Source: an uncultured Pseudomonadales bacterium
GTDB taxonomy: Bacteria > Patescibacteriota > Microgenomatia > UBA1400 > PJMF01
Direction: 5' to 3'
Length of the DNA: 64,000 nt
Assembly (NCBI GenBank): GCA_964455555.1
Contig: CAYVXV010000002.1
Coordinates: 67,677-131,676 of the forward strand
The notes below the pieces were generated by a model. It did not search any database. It had not been told where the DNA came from and saw only the letters and a list, made by a program, of their open reading frames with translations. Within the stretch, counting starts at the first letter, position 1. Each line of letters begins with the position of its first letter. A program made the translations under genes and the position numbers. Below, one piece after another: positions 11,133 to 20,360 of this stretch.

Positions 11133-11842
11133 ACGAAATATTTTCCGCCAGAGAGTTTATAAATTCCCAGGTCTTTCAGGATGGTTAAGCCATATTTGCT
11201 GGAGCGCCAAAAATTAATCGATGAGGCTTCCTCAAAATACCTGACAGGCACAGCAATTTCGCCAATTTTGGCACCTTTAGCAATGGCTCCAAAAAGAATT
11301 TGAGAGTCAAAGGCAAAGTCATCAGTATAGCGGTGGAAGGGGAGCTTCTTTAGCAGTTTCTTGCTGAAAGCCCTAAAACCGGTGTGATACTCAGAAAGGT
11401 TCTGTCCCAAAAGAATGTTTTCCGTCATGGTCAAAAAGCGGTTGCCGGCATATTTATAACCGGGCATACCGCCGGCCAGCGCTTCTGCCCGTGTTCTGAT
11501 TCTGGAGCCGAGCATCACATCAAACCGCCCTTCAATAATTGGGCGCACCATTTCGCCAGTCAGAGTGCTGTCATACTGATAATCGGGGTGAATCATTACC
11601 ACTACGTCTGCACCTCTGGATAGAGCCAGGGTATAACAGGTTTTTTGATTGCCGCCATATCCTCGGTTTTGCGGGTGGGTAATCACCTCAAGGCCCAGCG
11701 CTTTGGCCACTTTCACCGTCTTATCTGAACTATTGTCGTCAACCAAAATAATCTCGTCCACCACTCCCTTGGGAATATCTTTGACTGTTTTCTTGAGTGT
11801 CTTGGCAGCGTTGTAGGCCGGCATAACGGCAATTACTTTCAT
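11129..11842 (-). CDS. GT2 polyprenol-phosphate glycosyltransferase (DPM1/Ppm1-like)
   Basis: PAYNAA, LVDDNSSD, NRGYGG, HPDYQY, GSR, EYHTGFRAF; 237 aa. Confidence 0.88.
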   Translation of the reverse strand: MKVIAVMPAYNAAKTLKKTVKDIPKGVVDEIILVDDNSSDKTVKVAKALGLEVITHPQNRGYGGNQKTCYTLALSRGADVVVMIHPDYQYDSTLTGEMVRPIIEGRFDVMLGSRIRTRAEALAGGMPGYKYAGNRFLTMTENILLGQNLSEYHTGFRAFSKKLLKKLPFHRYTDDFAFDSQILFGAIAKGAKIGEIAVPVRYFEEASSINFWRSSKYGLTILKDLGIYKLSGGKYFV

Positions 11843-13575
11843 GTTTTCCTTTTCTGATTAATAAAGATCAAGGCTGCGGCAGTTAAACCAACCATACTTG
11901 CCAGCCTACCTAGAATCACCGACAGAGTAGCTTGATGACTTATCTTGATATTATGTTCTCCTGGCTCTAGTTCAAATGCAATCAAACCGTCCTTTGAGGC
12001 AGTGTGTGCGACTTTAATATTATCTATATATACTGTCTGGCCCGGAAAATCAAACTGCTTGACTGTGACTTGAGCAATATCTTCTGCAAGAGCCATAAAT
12101 TCGATGCCGCTGTAGTCAACCTTGTACTCTCCAACAAGAATTTGTTCAGGAAAAACCAGTGGGAAATCCTGATCATCGAGTAGTTCACTACTGGCGTCTT
12201 TGGGGAGATACTCTGCAAAGGTATTAGTTGTTTTTTCTGCCCTGACTATGGCTTCCAGAGGAAAATTCAGGCGCATATTAACCCTGACATGATTGCGGTT
12301 CGTATACCAAGCAGCGGCAAAAGCCATGATTAGGAAAAAGACCCTGACTTCTAGTTTACGTGTTGTAGTCATGACTAACCCCAATGCCAACGAGCCAAAA
12401 AAGACGCTCAGCATCAGCAGCCTAAAAGGAAAATCCACGGTGGCCAGTTCGTTTGCCAACCGCCAAACAGGAGCTGAAATATCAAGCATGCCAATGATCG
12501 AAAGGCCGAAGAGACAGAGAACTCCTAAAGACAGCCACTTGTGCTCGTGAGTGCGCCTAAATATAACTGCCAATCCCAGCAGGCCGATACCCAGCCACTG
12601 GACAATCCCAACTTGAAAGGACAATTCTCCGTCTTTTGCATTTGTGGTGACCGGGCCATATCCCCAGGGGGAATATACCAATTGCTTAAAATTAACAAAA
12701 TACCGCTCAAACAGCTCACTATAACCGTTGCCGGCAGCTCTAGAACCGATTTCCGGCAAATAGCTTAACATCGGTAATAAATAGAATCCAGCCAATAAAC
12801 CGGCCAATACTGCCGACCCCAACAGATATAAAATATGCAGCTTTAAATCTTTTCCCCGGTTTTTAGCCAAGAGGACCAGCCCAAAGAGAGAAATAAAGGG
12901 AAGGATCATCACAAAAGTGATTAAATGGGAGAGCATAATTCCGGCAGCAGCTACCCCCGTTAAAACTACTCCCAAAACAGATTTCTCAGACAGTATCATC
13001 CAGAACCCTAAAAACAGGAGCGGCAGCAATGCCAAACTTAGGCTGGTGCCCACTGCGCCTGCCACCATGACGGCAAAAAACTGATAGGGTGCCCACATAT
13101 AGGCAATTGCTGCCAGAAACGCAGCCATCTTATCACGGGATATCCGGAAAACCAGCAGATACATTGCCAGCCCCGCTCCAATAAAGGACTTGATAAATAA
13201 GCCTTTCAGTATGAACTCTATTGAAAATCCTGCCGCTACAAACGGGGCGCTTAATATCCAAGGTAAATGATAGGAAAAGTAAAAAAGTGGATAGCCAATA
13301 CCTTCAGCAATTGGAAATATCCAGTTGGGCAAAAACATACCGGCTTTAAAGGCCTCTGAGTAGTGATAGAGCCTGGCAACCTGGTGCCAAATGTCATGGG
13401 CAGAAAACAAATCTGGCCCAAGAAGATCTTTCATGCCGAACAGCCCAGCCGCACATATTAAACCTATAACTGCTATGTGCCCGCACCAACCTTTTGTTGC
13501 AGACGAAATCTTCTCTGAAATATTAATCAATCCAGCCGTTTTGAACACAATCTTAATTAAATCATACTTGACCAT
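11839..13575 (-). CDS. '6-pyruvoyl-tetrahydropterin-synthase-related'/YfhO-like membrane protein (probable GT-C)
   Basis: AHDIWHQVARL, GYPLFYFSY, SPWGYG, FPFRLL, EYLP and a C-terminal FPG..VYID...GEHNI beta domain. Start is uncertain (ATG 13575 or GTG 13548); the track start at 13641 overlaps the divergent gene. Confidence 0.72.
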   Translation of the reverse strand: MVKYDLIKIVFKTAGLINISEKISSATKGWCGHIAVIGLICAAGLFGMKDLLGPDLFSAHDIWHQVARLYHYSEAFKAGMFLPNWIFPIAEGIGYPLFYFSYHLPWILSAPFVAAGFSIEFILKGLFIKSFIGAGLAMYLLVFRISRDKMAAFLAAIAYMWAPYQFFAVMVAGAVGTSLSLALLPLLFLGFWMILSEKSVLGVVLTGVAAAGIMLSHLITFVMILPFISLFGLVLLAKNRGKDLKLHILYLLGSAVLAGLLAGFYLLPMLSYLPEIGSRAAGNGYSELFERYFVNFKQLVYSPWGYGPVTTNAKDGELSFQVGIVQWLGIGLLGLAVIFRRTHEHKWLSLGVLCLFGLSIIGMLDISAPVWRLANELATVDFPFRLLMLSVFFGSLALGLVMTTTRKLEVRVFFLIMAFAAAWYTNRNHVRVNMRLNFPLEAIVRAEKTTNTFAEYLPKDASSELLDDQDFPLVFPEQILVGEYKVDYSGIEFMALAEDIAQVTVKQFDFPGQTVYIDNIKVAHTASKDGLIAFELEPGEHNIKISHQATLSVILGRLASMVGLTAAALIFINQKRKT

Positions 13576-13583
13576 GATATGAT
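13575..13583 (+). promoter_or_regulatory. Extended -10 box (TGnTATGAT), probable leaderless promoter
   Basis: 7 nt before ATG 13591; a mirrored TATGAT lies on the minus strand at 13561-13566. Confidence 0.55.
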
Positions 13584-13590
13584 AGAGTTT

Positions 13591-14397
13591 ATGATTTCTG
13601 TTGTCCTTGCTGTCCATAATGAGGAGAAAAACTTGCGCCAATGCCTTAATTCGGTCTCAAACTTTGCTGATGAAATTATTATAGCCGACGGAGAATCTAC
13701 AGACGGTACTGTTGATATCGCCAAAGAATTTGACGCCAAAATTATTTCCACTACCAATAAACCAAATTTTCATATTAACAAGCAGATGGCAATGGATGCC
13801 GCAAATGGTGAAATTGTGCTTCAGCTGGATGCCGATGAAGCGGTAGATAATGAACTTAAGAAATTTATTTTAAAAGTTCATAAAAATCTTCAAGCAGGCA
13901 AAAAGCAGCCGGTAGCTTGGTGGCTCAAACGCAAAAATCTATTTTTAGGTCACTATTTAAGAAAAGGAGGTCAATACCCTGACCCCGTAATCAGGTTGTA
14001 TGTAAACGGCTTTGCCTCTCTTCCTCAAAAAGATGTCCATGAGCAGATGGAAGTAGAGGGGGAAGTGGGCTGGGCTGAGGGCCACCTAATTCATTACAGC
14101 AACCCCAGTTTTTCTGACTATATGAGAAAATTTAATACGTATACTTCTTTTAAAGCCTCACAGCTCAAGGATGGGGGGGTTACCATTAGTTTTAAAAACA
14201 GTATGAACTATTTAATAGCTAAACCGCTTTTTACATTTTTACTTCTATTTTTCAGGCACAAAGGATTTGTTGATGGCGTTCCTGGATTTGTTTTTGCCAT
14301 GATGAGCGGCTTGCATCATTTTTTTGCATACCTTAAGCTTTGGGAATTGTTTGAGCAGGAGAAGGCTGCCAAAGATTATGTTAAAAGTCCTAATTGA
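13591..14397 (+). CDS. GT2 glycosyltransferase (WaaE/KdtX-like)
   Basis: NEEKNL, DGESTDGT, LDADE, GGQYPD...RL, VHE, K.N.YT. The ATG at 13591 lies 7 nt after an extended -10 box. Confidence 0.88.
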   Translation: MISVVLAVHNEEKNLRQCLNSVSNFADEIIIADGESTDGTVDIAKEFDAKIISTTNKPNFHINKQMAMDAANGEIVLQLDADEAVDNELKKFILKVHKNLQAGKKQPVAWWLKRKNLFLGHYLRKGGQYPDPVIRLYVNGFASLPQKDVHEQMEVEGEVGWAEGHLIHYSNPSFSDYMRKFNTYTSFKASQLKDGGVTISFKNSMNYLIAKPLFTFLLLFFRHKGFVDGVPGFVFAMMSGLHHFFAYLKLWELFEQEKAAKDYVKSPN

Positions 14398-15430
14398 TAC
14401 TTCGCCCCTGTCCAGCGAACATGCCTTGCGCGGCGTTGGAACCTATACGCGACAGCTTACAGAGGCTCTCGAAAATATTGGCGGCATTGAGGTAATCCGC
14501 TCGTCAACCTTAGAGAAGGGCCAATCTGTGAAGGCAGACGTAACTCATTATCCATTTTTCGATCTTTTTTTTGACACCCTCCCCATGGATCTAATCAGGC
14601 CAACCGTGGTGACTATTCATGATGTAATTCCTCTCAAGTTTCCGGAGCAATACCCCTCAGGAATAAAAGGTAATTTAAGATTTAATAAACAGAAACTGGC
14701 TCTTCGTACAGTTAATGCAATTGTGACTGATTCTGAGGCTTCAAAGCGTGACATTATTGATCTACTTGGTGTTCCTGAATTCAAAGTCCATGTAATTTAC
14801 TTGGCAGCCAGTCCTGATTTAGTTGCCCAGCCAGTAGCAAAGATTAAAGCTATCCGAAAAAAATATGGCCTTCCCCAAAAGTATGTCTTATATGTGGGCG
14901 ACATTAACTATAATAAAAACATTCCTCAGCTAATAAAAATGGTGAAGTACCTAGATTCTGACATGAAATTGGTATGTGTCGGCAAAAATTTTGTGGCACA
15001 AGATATTCCGGAGTGGAGCTGGATAGAAACCCAGCTAGCATTGAGCGATGTGGCAGACAGGGTTATATTTCTAAACACAGTCCTTACCGATTCTTTAGAA
15101 GACTTGGCAGCAATTTACAGCGGTGCTGTTTGCTATATTCAACCTTCTTTATATGAAGGCTTTGGTTTGCCCGTTCTTGAAGCTATGCAGTGCCGTACTC
15201 CAGTAATAGCCTCTGATGTTTCTTCTCTGCCAGAAGTTGGCGGTGAACATGCCTTGTATCTTGAGCCGACTGCAGAGAAGCTGGCAGAGAAAGTAATGGA
15301 GGTAAACTCCTGGTCTAAAACTAAACGACTTGCATGGACTAGGGGCGCTTACAAATGGAGCCAAAATTTCAGTTGGGAAAAAACAGCTAAAAAAACTGCA
15401 GAGATTTACAAACAAATAGCCCGCAAGTAA
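14378..15430 (+). CDS. GT4 glycosyltransferase (MtfB-like)
   Basis: RGVGTY, VVTIHDVIP, NKN, PSLYEGFGLPVLEAM, SSLPEVGG, FSWEK. Confidence 0.9.
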   Translation: MLKVLIDTSPLSSEHALRGVGTYTRQLTEALENIGGIEVIRSSTLEKGQSVKADVTHYPFFDLFFDTLPMDLIRPTVVTIHDVIPLKFPEQYPSGIKGNLRFNKQKLALRTVNAIVTDSEASKRDIIDLLGVPEFKVHVIYLAASPDLVAQPVAKIKAIRKKYGLPQKYVLYVGDINYNKNIPQLIKMVKYLDSDMKLVCVGKNFVAQDIPEWSWIETQLALSDVADRVIFLNTVLTDSLEDLAAIYSGAVCYIQPSLYEGFGLPVLEAMQCRTPVIASDVSSLPEVGGEHALYLEPTAEKLAEKVMEVNSWSKTKRLAWTRGAYKWSQNFSWEKTAKKTAEIYKQIARK

Positions 15431-15432
15431 TC

Positions 15433-16635
15433 ATGAAAAAAACCACAATCTGGATTTTGTCTGCTTTACTTTTCTGGTTTATTCTGCTCCAACTGACTGC
15501 TTTAAATGCCGGCCGGTTGGTGGCTTACGAACCTTCTTTTCCCTACGCTTACGACATCTTGGCCAAATTTAATTTACCTCAATGGTATTACTCCTGGGCT
15601 GGTTTTGATGGTGTCCACTATCTTACTATTGCCTTGAATGGTTATAAATATGCCGATTTAACTCAAGCCTTTTTTCCTCTGTTTCCTGGAATCTTGTCAG
15701 TTTTTGAGTCAATTGGCTTGAATCCGATTGCAGCAGGATTAATTTTAAACCTAACTTTACTGACTATGGCCTTGATACTGTTCTATAAATTGGTAAAACT
15801 TGACTTCAGTTATTCAGTAAGCAAAAAAGCTCTTTTGGCCTTGCTGTTGTTCCCAACCTCCTTCTTTTTCATCTCACTTTACACAGAGTCGCTGTTTCTG
15901 CTGACTGTAATCGGCGCCTTTCTGGCAGCCAGAAGGGGAAGATGGCTGCTGGCTGCTGGATTCACAATCTTGGCAACATCTTCAAGATTAGTCGGCATCA
16001 TGCTTGTACCTGCCCTGATAATGGAACTCTATTTACAGAAAAATAACCAAGTCTTTTTAGTCGACCTAATTAAAGACATCAGAAACAATAAGTTTGTAGA
16101 AACTTTTGTTTCAACGGCCAAAAACAATCTTAGGACAATTGCCCTGATTGGCGGTGGCTCTTTGGGGCTAATAATTTATATGAGTTTCCTATACAGAGAG
16201 TTTGGAGACCCGCTTTATTTTTATCACGTCCAATCAGAGTTCGGTGGAGGAAGGCAGGAAAACCTGATTATGTATCCTCAAGTTGTTTGGAGATATATTA
16301 ATATCCTCATCACAGCCCGCCCTTTTGACTGGAAATATTATTCTTATATCCTTGAAGCGATAGCCGGGGTAGGCGGCTTTTTTGGGCTAATGTATGCCCT
16401 TAAACATGTCCGGCTTTCATACGTTTTTTTCTCTCTGGGAATATTTATCATCCCCACCTTAACAGGAACCTTTTCCAGCCTGCCGCGCTATCTCTTGCCG
16501 GCTTTTGCCATATACATACTCTTGGCTAAGCTTCTTGAAACCCATACAATAAGCAGGTATACCTATTTCGGCATCTCAATGCTGCTTTTAGTCATTAATA
16601 CGATGCTCTTTATCCAAGGATATTGGGTGTCATAA
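15433..16635 (+). CDS. PIG-V/Gpi18-like (GT76) polyprenol-phospho-sugar glycosyltransferase
   Basis: WAGFDGVHYLTIA.NGY, AFFPLFP, FP.SFF...YTESLF, R..G and S.PRY are the hallmarks of the PIG-V family. Confidence 0.85.
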   Translation: MKKTTIWILSALLFWFILLQLTALNAGRLVAYEPSFPYAYDILAKFNLPQWYYSWAGFDGVHYLTIALNGYKYADLTQAFFPLFPGILSVFESIGLNPIAAGLILNLTLLTMALILFYKLVKLDFSYSVSKKALLALLLFPTSFFFISLYTESLFLLTVIGAFLAARRGRWLLAAGFTILATSSRLVGIMLVPALIMELYLQKNNQVFLVDLIKDIRNNKFVETFVSTAKNNLRTIALIGGGSLGLIIYMSFLYREFGDPLYFYHVQSEFGGGRQENLIMYPQVVWRYINILITARPFDWKYYSYILEAIAGVGGFFGLMYALKHVRLSYVFFSLGIFIIPTLTGTFSSLPRYLLPAFAIYILLAKLLETHTISRYTYFGISMLLLVINTMLFIQGYWVS

Positions 16636-16644
16636 AAGGAAGAT

Positions 16645-17583
16645 ATGAAAATACTCGTTACCGGCGGCGCCGGCTTTATCGCCTCACATGTAGTAGATGC
16701 TTACGTAAACGCAGGCCATGAAGTGGTGGTAGTTGACAATCTTTCAACCGGACAGCTTGAGCATGTAAATCCCAACGCCAAGTTTCTTGAAGCAGATATT
16801 ACCGATAAAAACCTCATCCAAGCGATAATTGATACCGAAAAGCCTGAGGTAATAAACCATCACGCTGCTCATATTCAAGTAGGAAATTCTGTAAAGGACC
16901 CCCAATTCGATGCTGAAACTAATATTATTGGGCTGCTTCATATTATGGAGGCTGCTAAAGACGCGGAAATCAAAAAAGTAATTATGGCCTCAACCGGCGG
17001 AGCAATGTACGGCAATAAACAAACGCCGTTTACTGAAGAAATGAAAGAGGAGCCGCTTTCCCCTTACGGCGTTTCAAAACGGGCGGGTGAGCTTTACCTT
17101 AACTACTATCACGAGCTCTACAATATACCTTACGTGGTCCTTCGCTATTCCAATGTTTATGGCCCTAGGCAAAACCCTCATGGTGAATCAGGTGTGATAG
17201 CAATTTTCTCTGAGTACATTGCTGAAGGCAAGCAGCCTATTATCAATGGCGACGGCACCCACACCCGCGACTATGTTTATATAGATGATGTGGTTAAAGC
17301 AAATGTTATGGCTTTGGATACCGATTTTGTCGGTGAGCTAAATATCGGCACAGCAACAGAAATTTCCACTAACGAAGTATTTGAAAAAGTTGTTGCTGAG
17401 TTTGAGGCAGATATTAAAAAAGAACACGGGCCTGAACGGCCAGGAGAGCAAATAACCAGCTCACTGGCCTATGAAAAAGCCAGAGAGTCGCTTGGCTGGA
17501 CTCCCGAAGTGAACTTTGACGAAGGCGTGAAAAGAACGGTGGAGTGGTATAGAGGGAAAACTCATGGAAGCAATCAAAGCTGA
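16645..17583 (+). CDS. galE: NAD-dependent epimerase, UDP-glucose/GlcNAc 4-epimerase-like SDR
   Basis: GGAGFIASH, DNLSTG, ASTGGAMYG, YGVSK, RY.NVYGPRQ.PHGE.GV, RDYVY. SD-like AAAGGA upstream. Confidence 0.85.
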   Translation: MKILVTGGAGFIASHVVDAYVNAGHEVVVVDNLSTGQLEHVNPNAKFLEADITDKNLIQAIIDTEKPEVINHHAAHIQVGNSVKDPQFDAETNIIGLLHIMEAAKDAEIKKVIMASTGGAMYGNKQTPFTEEMKEEPLSPYGVSKRAGELYLNYYHELYNIPYVVLRYSNVYGPRQNPHGESGVIAIFSEYIAEGKQPIINGDGTHTRDYVYIDDVVKANVMALDTDFVGELNIGTATEISTNEVFEKVVAEFEADIKKEHGPERPGEQITSSLAYEKARESLGWTPEVNFDEGVKRTVEWYRGKTHGSNQS

Positions 17584-17905
17584 TACTGATTATTTTATTA
17601 ACCAGCTTCAACATCTTCTTGAAATAGATGAGGACGAACCGGATAAAATCCTCCACAGTGAGGACGGGGCTTCTTCCAAATGGCGCACCGGCTGGTTCAC
17701 AGTGGTAGCGGGCAATCTGAAAAACTTAGTATATTTTGGCTTGGTAGATGACCCTTCGATAATAGAAATAATCAATAAAGCTGGTGAAGCCTGGATAAAT
17801 CCAGCATTTACAACAAAACCACTTACAACAAGAAAAGACATAGACCAAGGTAAAAGAGTGTTAGAAATAGTTTTAGATCATCTTAAATCTAAGAAAAGCA
17901 GCTAG
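17564..17905 (+). CDS. Hypothetical protein (113 aa)
   Basis: ATG start overlapping the end of galE; protein-like composition; no motif recognised. Confidence 0.6.
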   Translation: MEAIKADTDYFINQLQHLLEIDEDEPDKILHSEDGASSKWRTGWFTVVAGNLKNLVYFGLVDDPSIIEIINKAGEAWINPAFTTKPLTTRKDIDQGKRVLEIVLDHLKSKKSS

Positions 17906-17926
17906 CCTTCTACATTTTCCGCAACC

Positions 17927-18030
17927 AATTTCCATATATTGAAATTTGTGATGCTTCGCAGCCAGCATCAACCCGCCCGTCTCCCGCACCACCCCTGCGT
18001 CAACAACCATTGAGGCAGGGGAGGGAAGAC
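17927..18030. other. Structured intergenic element with three consecutive hairpins (terminator, REP-like element or small RNA)
   Basis: AATTTC/GAAATT (17927-17946); TGATGCT/AGCATCA (17949-17970); CCCCTGCGTCAA/TTGAGGCAGGGG (17992-18021, 1 mismatch) closed by GTCTCCC/GGGAAGAC. Lies between convergent genes. Confidence 0.55.
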
Positions 18031-18057
18031 TTAATATTTTGAGATTGCCGGACAGCG

Positions 18058-19590
18058 CTACTTACTTTCTTCAAACTGGGAAAAAAGCCTAAACTCGTAT
18101 GCCATAAACCGGGGCAGCTCCTGGCACAGCAAATTTAAACCGGCATCGTCGTAAATGCTTTTAAGCAAATCGGTGTTCACAGCTTGATTCTGCCGGACTG
18201 CAGAGGAAGACTGATCCAAATATCTTTCCAGCACTTTAACTCCGAATGGTGTCAGTAATTCATTTGGTGCTCCGCGGTTAATTAAAGCAGCCACCAATAT
18301 TTCTGCATCAAAGCTTACTTTAGACTTCTCAACCTTGTGCAGGAGCTCAGAAACCGGTGTAGAATAGTAAAAATAGTGTTCAAGCCCAGGCGAGGAGCTC
18401 CTAAAAGGCTTTAAAAACAGCTTTTCAATCTCATCCGCGGTGAATGAATCATAGCCTAAGGTGCTGATTATGAATTGATCAACCGATTCGGCTGTTTCAG
18501 CATCCTGATGCATTGAATCAACTAATTTGTACGCAACTTTCTTTAGCATTGACTCCGTTTGCCCGCTTCGCTTACGGTTTCTAAAGTGCGGTTCAGCTTT
18601 TTCCAATGCAGCGCGAAGCGAAGAAGGATCTGCGCGCAGAGCTTGTTCCAGAGCGTTCAAAATTGCTTTAAAGCCATTTGGCTTTTCGCCATTTTTAATT
18701 GATGCAGCTTCTGCCTTTACCTCGGTTTCATCTTTTCCTGCCAAGTCCAAGTGTTGCACCCATTCTCGCTTACCATGCTGCTCTAACAACTTTGCAAATC
18801 GCTTCGAAGAACCAAACTCTTTGTTGGACATAATTACCAAGTATGGTAATAGATCATCTTCAGACAACAGTTCAAGCAATTCCAGCCAAACCGGCCTGCC
18901 GGTGGAGAACTTTTCTTTCAGCAAACCATTTTTGCCCGCGTAGCGGCGGATAACCTGAACAACCATCGGGCTTGGATGTGCCGTACTCTGCAGCCTGCGC
19001 AGGATAGCCTTTATCTCTTTTGCTTGAACATTTGAAAGAATTTCTTCAGCTTGGCGCCCAAACTGAGCAGTAAAAGTACCTGTTCTGCCGTTGGTGCCGG
19101 GGAGTAAATGCCTTATCTGCAAATAAAACAACATCAGTTCATTGGAAATAACCTCCTGATGAGTGCCCTCCTGCAGGGCATAGCTCCAATGCTTAGCGCA
19201 GAGATCATATAGAGGTTTAAAGTCTTCCTGCTGAACACCGGCTATTTCCTCAGCATCCTGGCCATAACCTAGATAAGCCAATTGAAGCTCAGCCACAAAT
19301 TCTAGCACAGTGCGCGATACTCTTGAATCACCTTGCGGCAGCTTGCTTAACGCCTCTATTGCATATAACAGCCAGAGATCGCGGTTTTTTGAAACAAAGC
19401 CATCCGGCAGTTTTAAAGCTGCGGATATTTCCAAAGCATACTCTGCTGCCAACTGCTCAGGGGCATTGGCTAAAAATGGAATGAGTTGCTCTGGATCAGC
19501 CAATACTTCAAGGCTAATAGACTGCTCTCTGCTGCGGGTGAATAGCTGGCGGTTTATTGCTCTTATATCAGTCTCTTTATGCTTGCTCAT
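18058..19590 (-). CDS. Hypothetical soluble, probably all-alpha protein (510 aa)
   Basis: Long ORF with SD-like AAAGGA 3 nt before the ATG; no TM segment or recognisable motif. Confidence 0.75.
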   Translation of the reverse strand: MSKHKETDIRAINRQLFTRSREQSISLEVLADPEQLIPFLANAPEQLAAEYALEISAALKLPDGFVSKNRDLWLLYAIEALSKLPQGDSRVSRTVLEFVAELQLAYLGYGQDAEEIAGVQQEDFKPLYDLCAKHWSYALQEGTHQEVISNELMLFYLQIRHLLPGTNGRTGTFTAQFGRQAEEILSNVQAKEIKAILRRLQSTAHPSPMVVQVIRRYAGKNGLLKEKFSTGRPVWLELLELLSEDDLLPYLVIMSNKEFGSSKRFAKLLEQHGKREWVQHLDLAGKDETEVKAEAASIKNGEKPNGFKAILNALEQALRADPSSLRAALEKAEPHFRNRKRSGQTESMLKKVAYKLVDSMHQDAETAESVDQFIISTLGYDSFTADEIEKLFLKPFRSSSPGLEHYFYYSTPVSELLHKVEKSKVSFDAEILVAALINRGAPNELLTPFGVKVLERYLDQSSSAVRQNQAVNTDLLKSIYDDAGLNLLCQELPRFMAYEFRLFSQFEESK

Positions 19591-19682
19591 TTATCCTTTT
19601 GTTTTAGGTTGTATGAATTCTATCACTCCTTGCCAGAAGTACCAAATCGTATAATAATCTGATAGACCCTGCCTCATCAATA

Positions 19683-20360
19683 ATGCCAAAAAAACTTGCG
19701 CCAACTACCTGGATAATTGTCCCTAGCCTCAATGAAGCCAAGGATCTTCCAACTGTACTCAAAGCTATTAAGAAATATACTAAAAACTTTATTGTCATCG
19801 ATGACGGCTCCTCTGATCAGTCAGCCGCAGTTGCCCGCCGCTATACCCCATATGTTTTCCGCCATGAAATTAACCTCGGCAAGGGAGCAGCATTAATGAC
19901 CGGCTGCCAGTATGCCTTTAATGATAAAAAAGCCCAAGCTGTTATTTTTATAGACAGTGACAATCAGCATAATCCGGATCATCTGGCTAGTTTTCAAAAG
20001 GAGCTTGGCGATGGCCATGATATTGTTTTCGGTGTCCGGGATTTTACCAAGGACATGCCTCTCATTAAGATTATGGCCAACCGCTTTTCCTCTTGGATGA
20101 TTTATGTGCTCTTTGGCAGTTATATTCCGGATATTCCCAGCGGCTACAAGGCTCTTTCTCGGAAAGGCTTTCAAAAGATAGCCTGGTCCAGCAGCGATTA
20201 TGCAGTTGAATTGGAAATTGCCGCCAGAGTGGCTAAGTACAAGCTTAATTTTGCCACCATTCCGATAGATACCATCTATCTTGATTATGAGCGGGGCATG
20301 ACAGTGCTTCATGTGATAAAAATGATTAGTAAGGTAATAAGCTGGAGGGTAAGCCTATGA
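19683..20360 (+). CDS. GT2 polyprenol-phosphate glycosyltransferase (GacI/PpgS/DPM1-like)
   Basis: PSLNE, IDDGSSD, NLGKGAA, DSDNQH, D.VFG.R, DIPSGYKA; coupled to DUF2304. Confidence 0.85.
   Translation: MPKKLAPTTWIIVPSLNEAKDLPTVLKAIKKYTKNFIVIDDGSSDQSAAVARRYTPYVFRHEINLGKGAALMTGCQYAFNDKKAQAVIFIDSDNQHNPDHLASFQKELGDGHDIVFGVRDFTKDMPLIKIMANRFSSWMIYVLFGSYIPDIPSGYKALSRKGFQKIAWSSSDYAVELEIAARVAKYKLNFATIPIDTIYLDYERGMTVLHVIKMISKVISWRVSL

Noticed and set aside
11839-13575. Pterin biosynthesis role implied by the family name 'PTPS-related'
   Set aside because: The protein is polytopic with GT-C-like loop motifs, is coupled to a GT2, and shows no T-fold PTPS motif.
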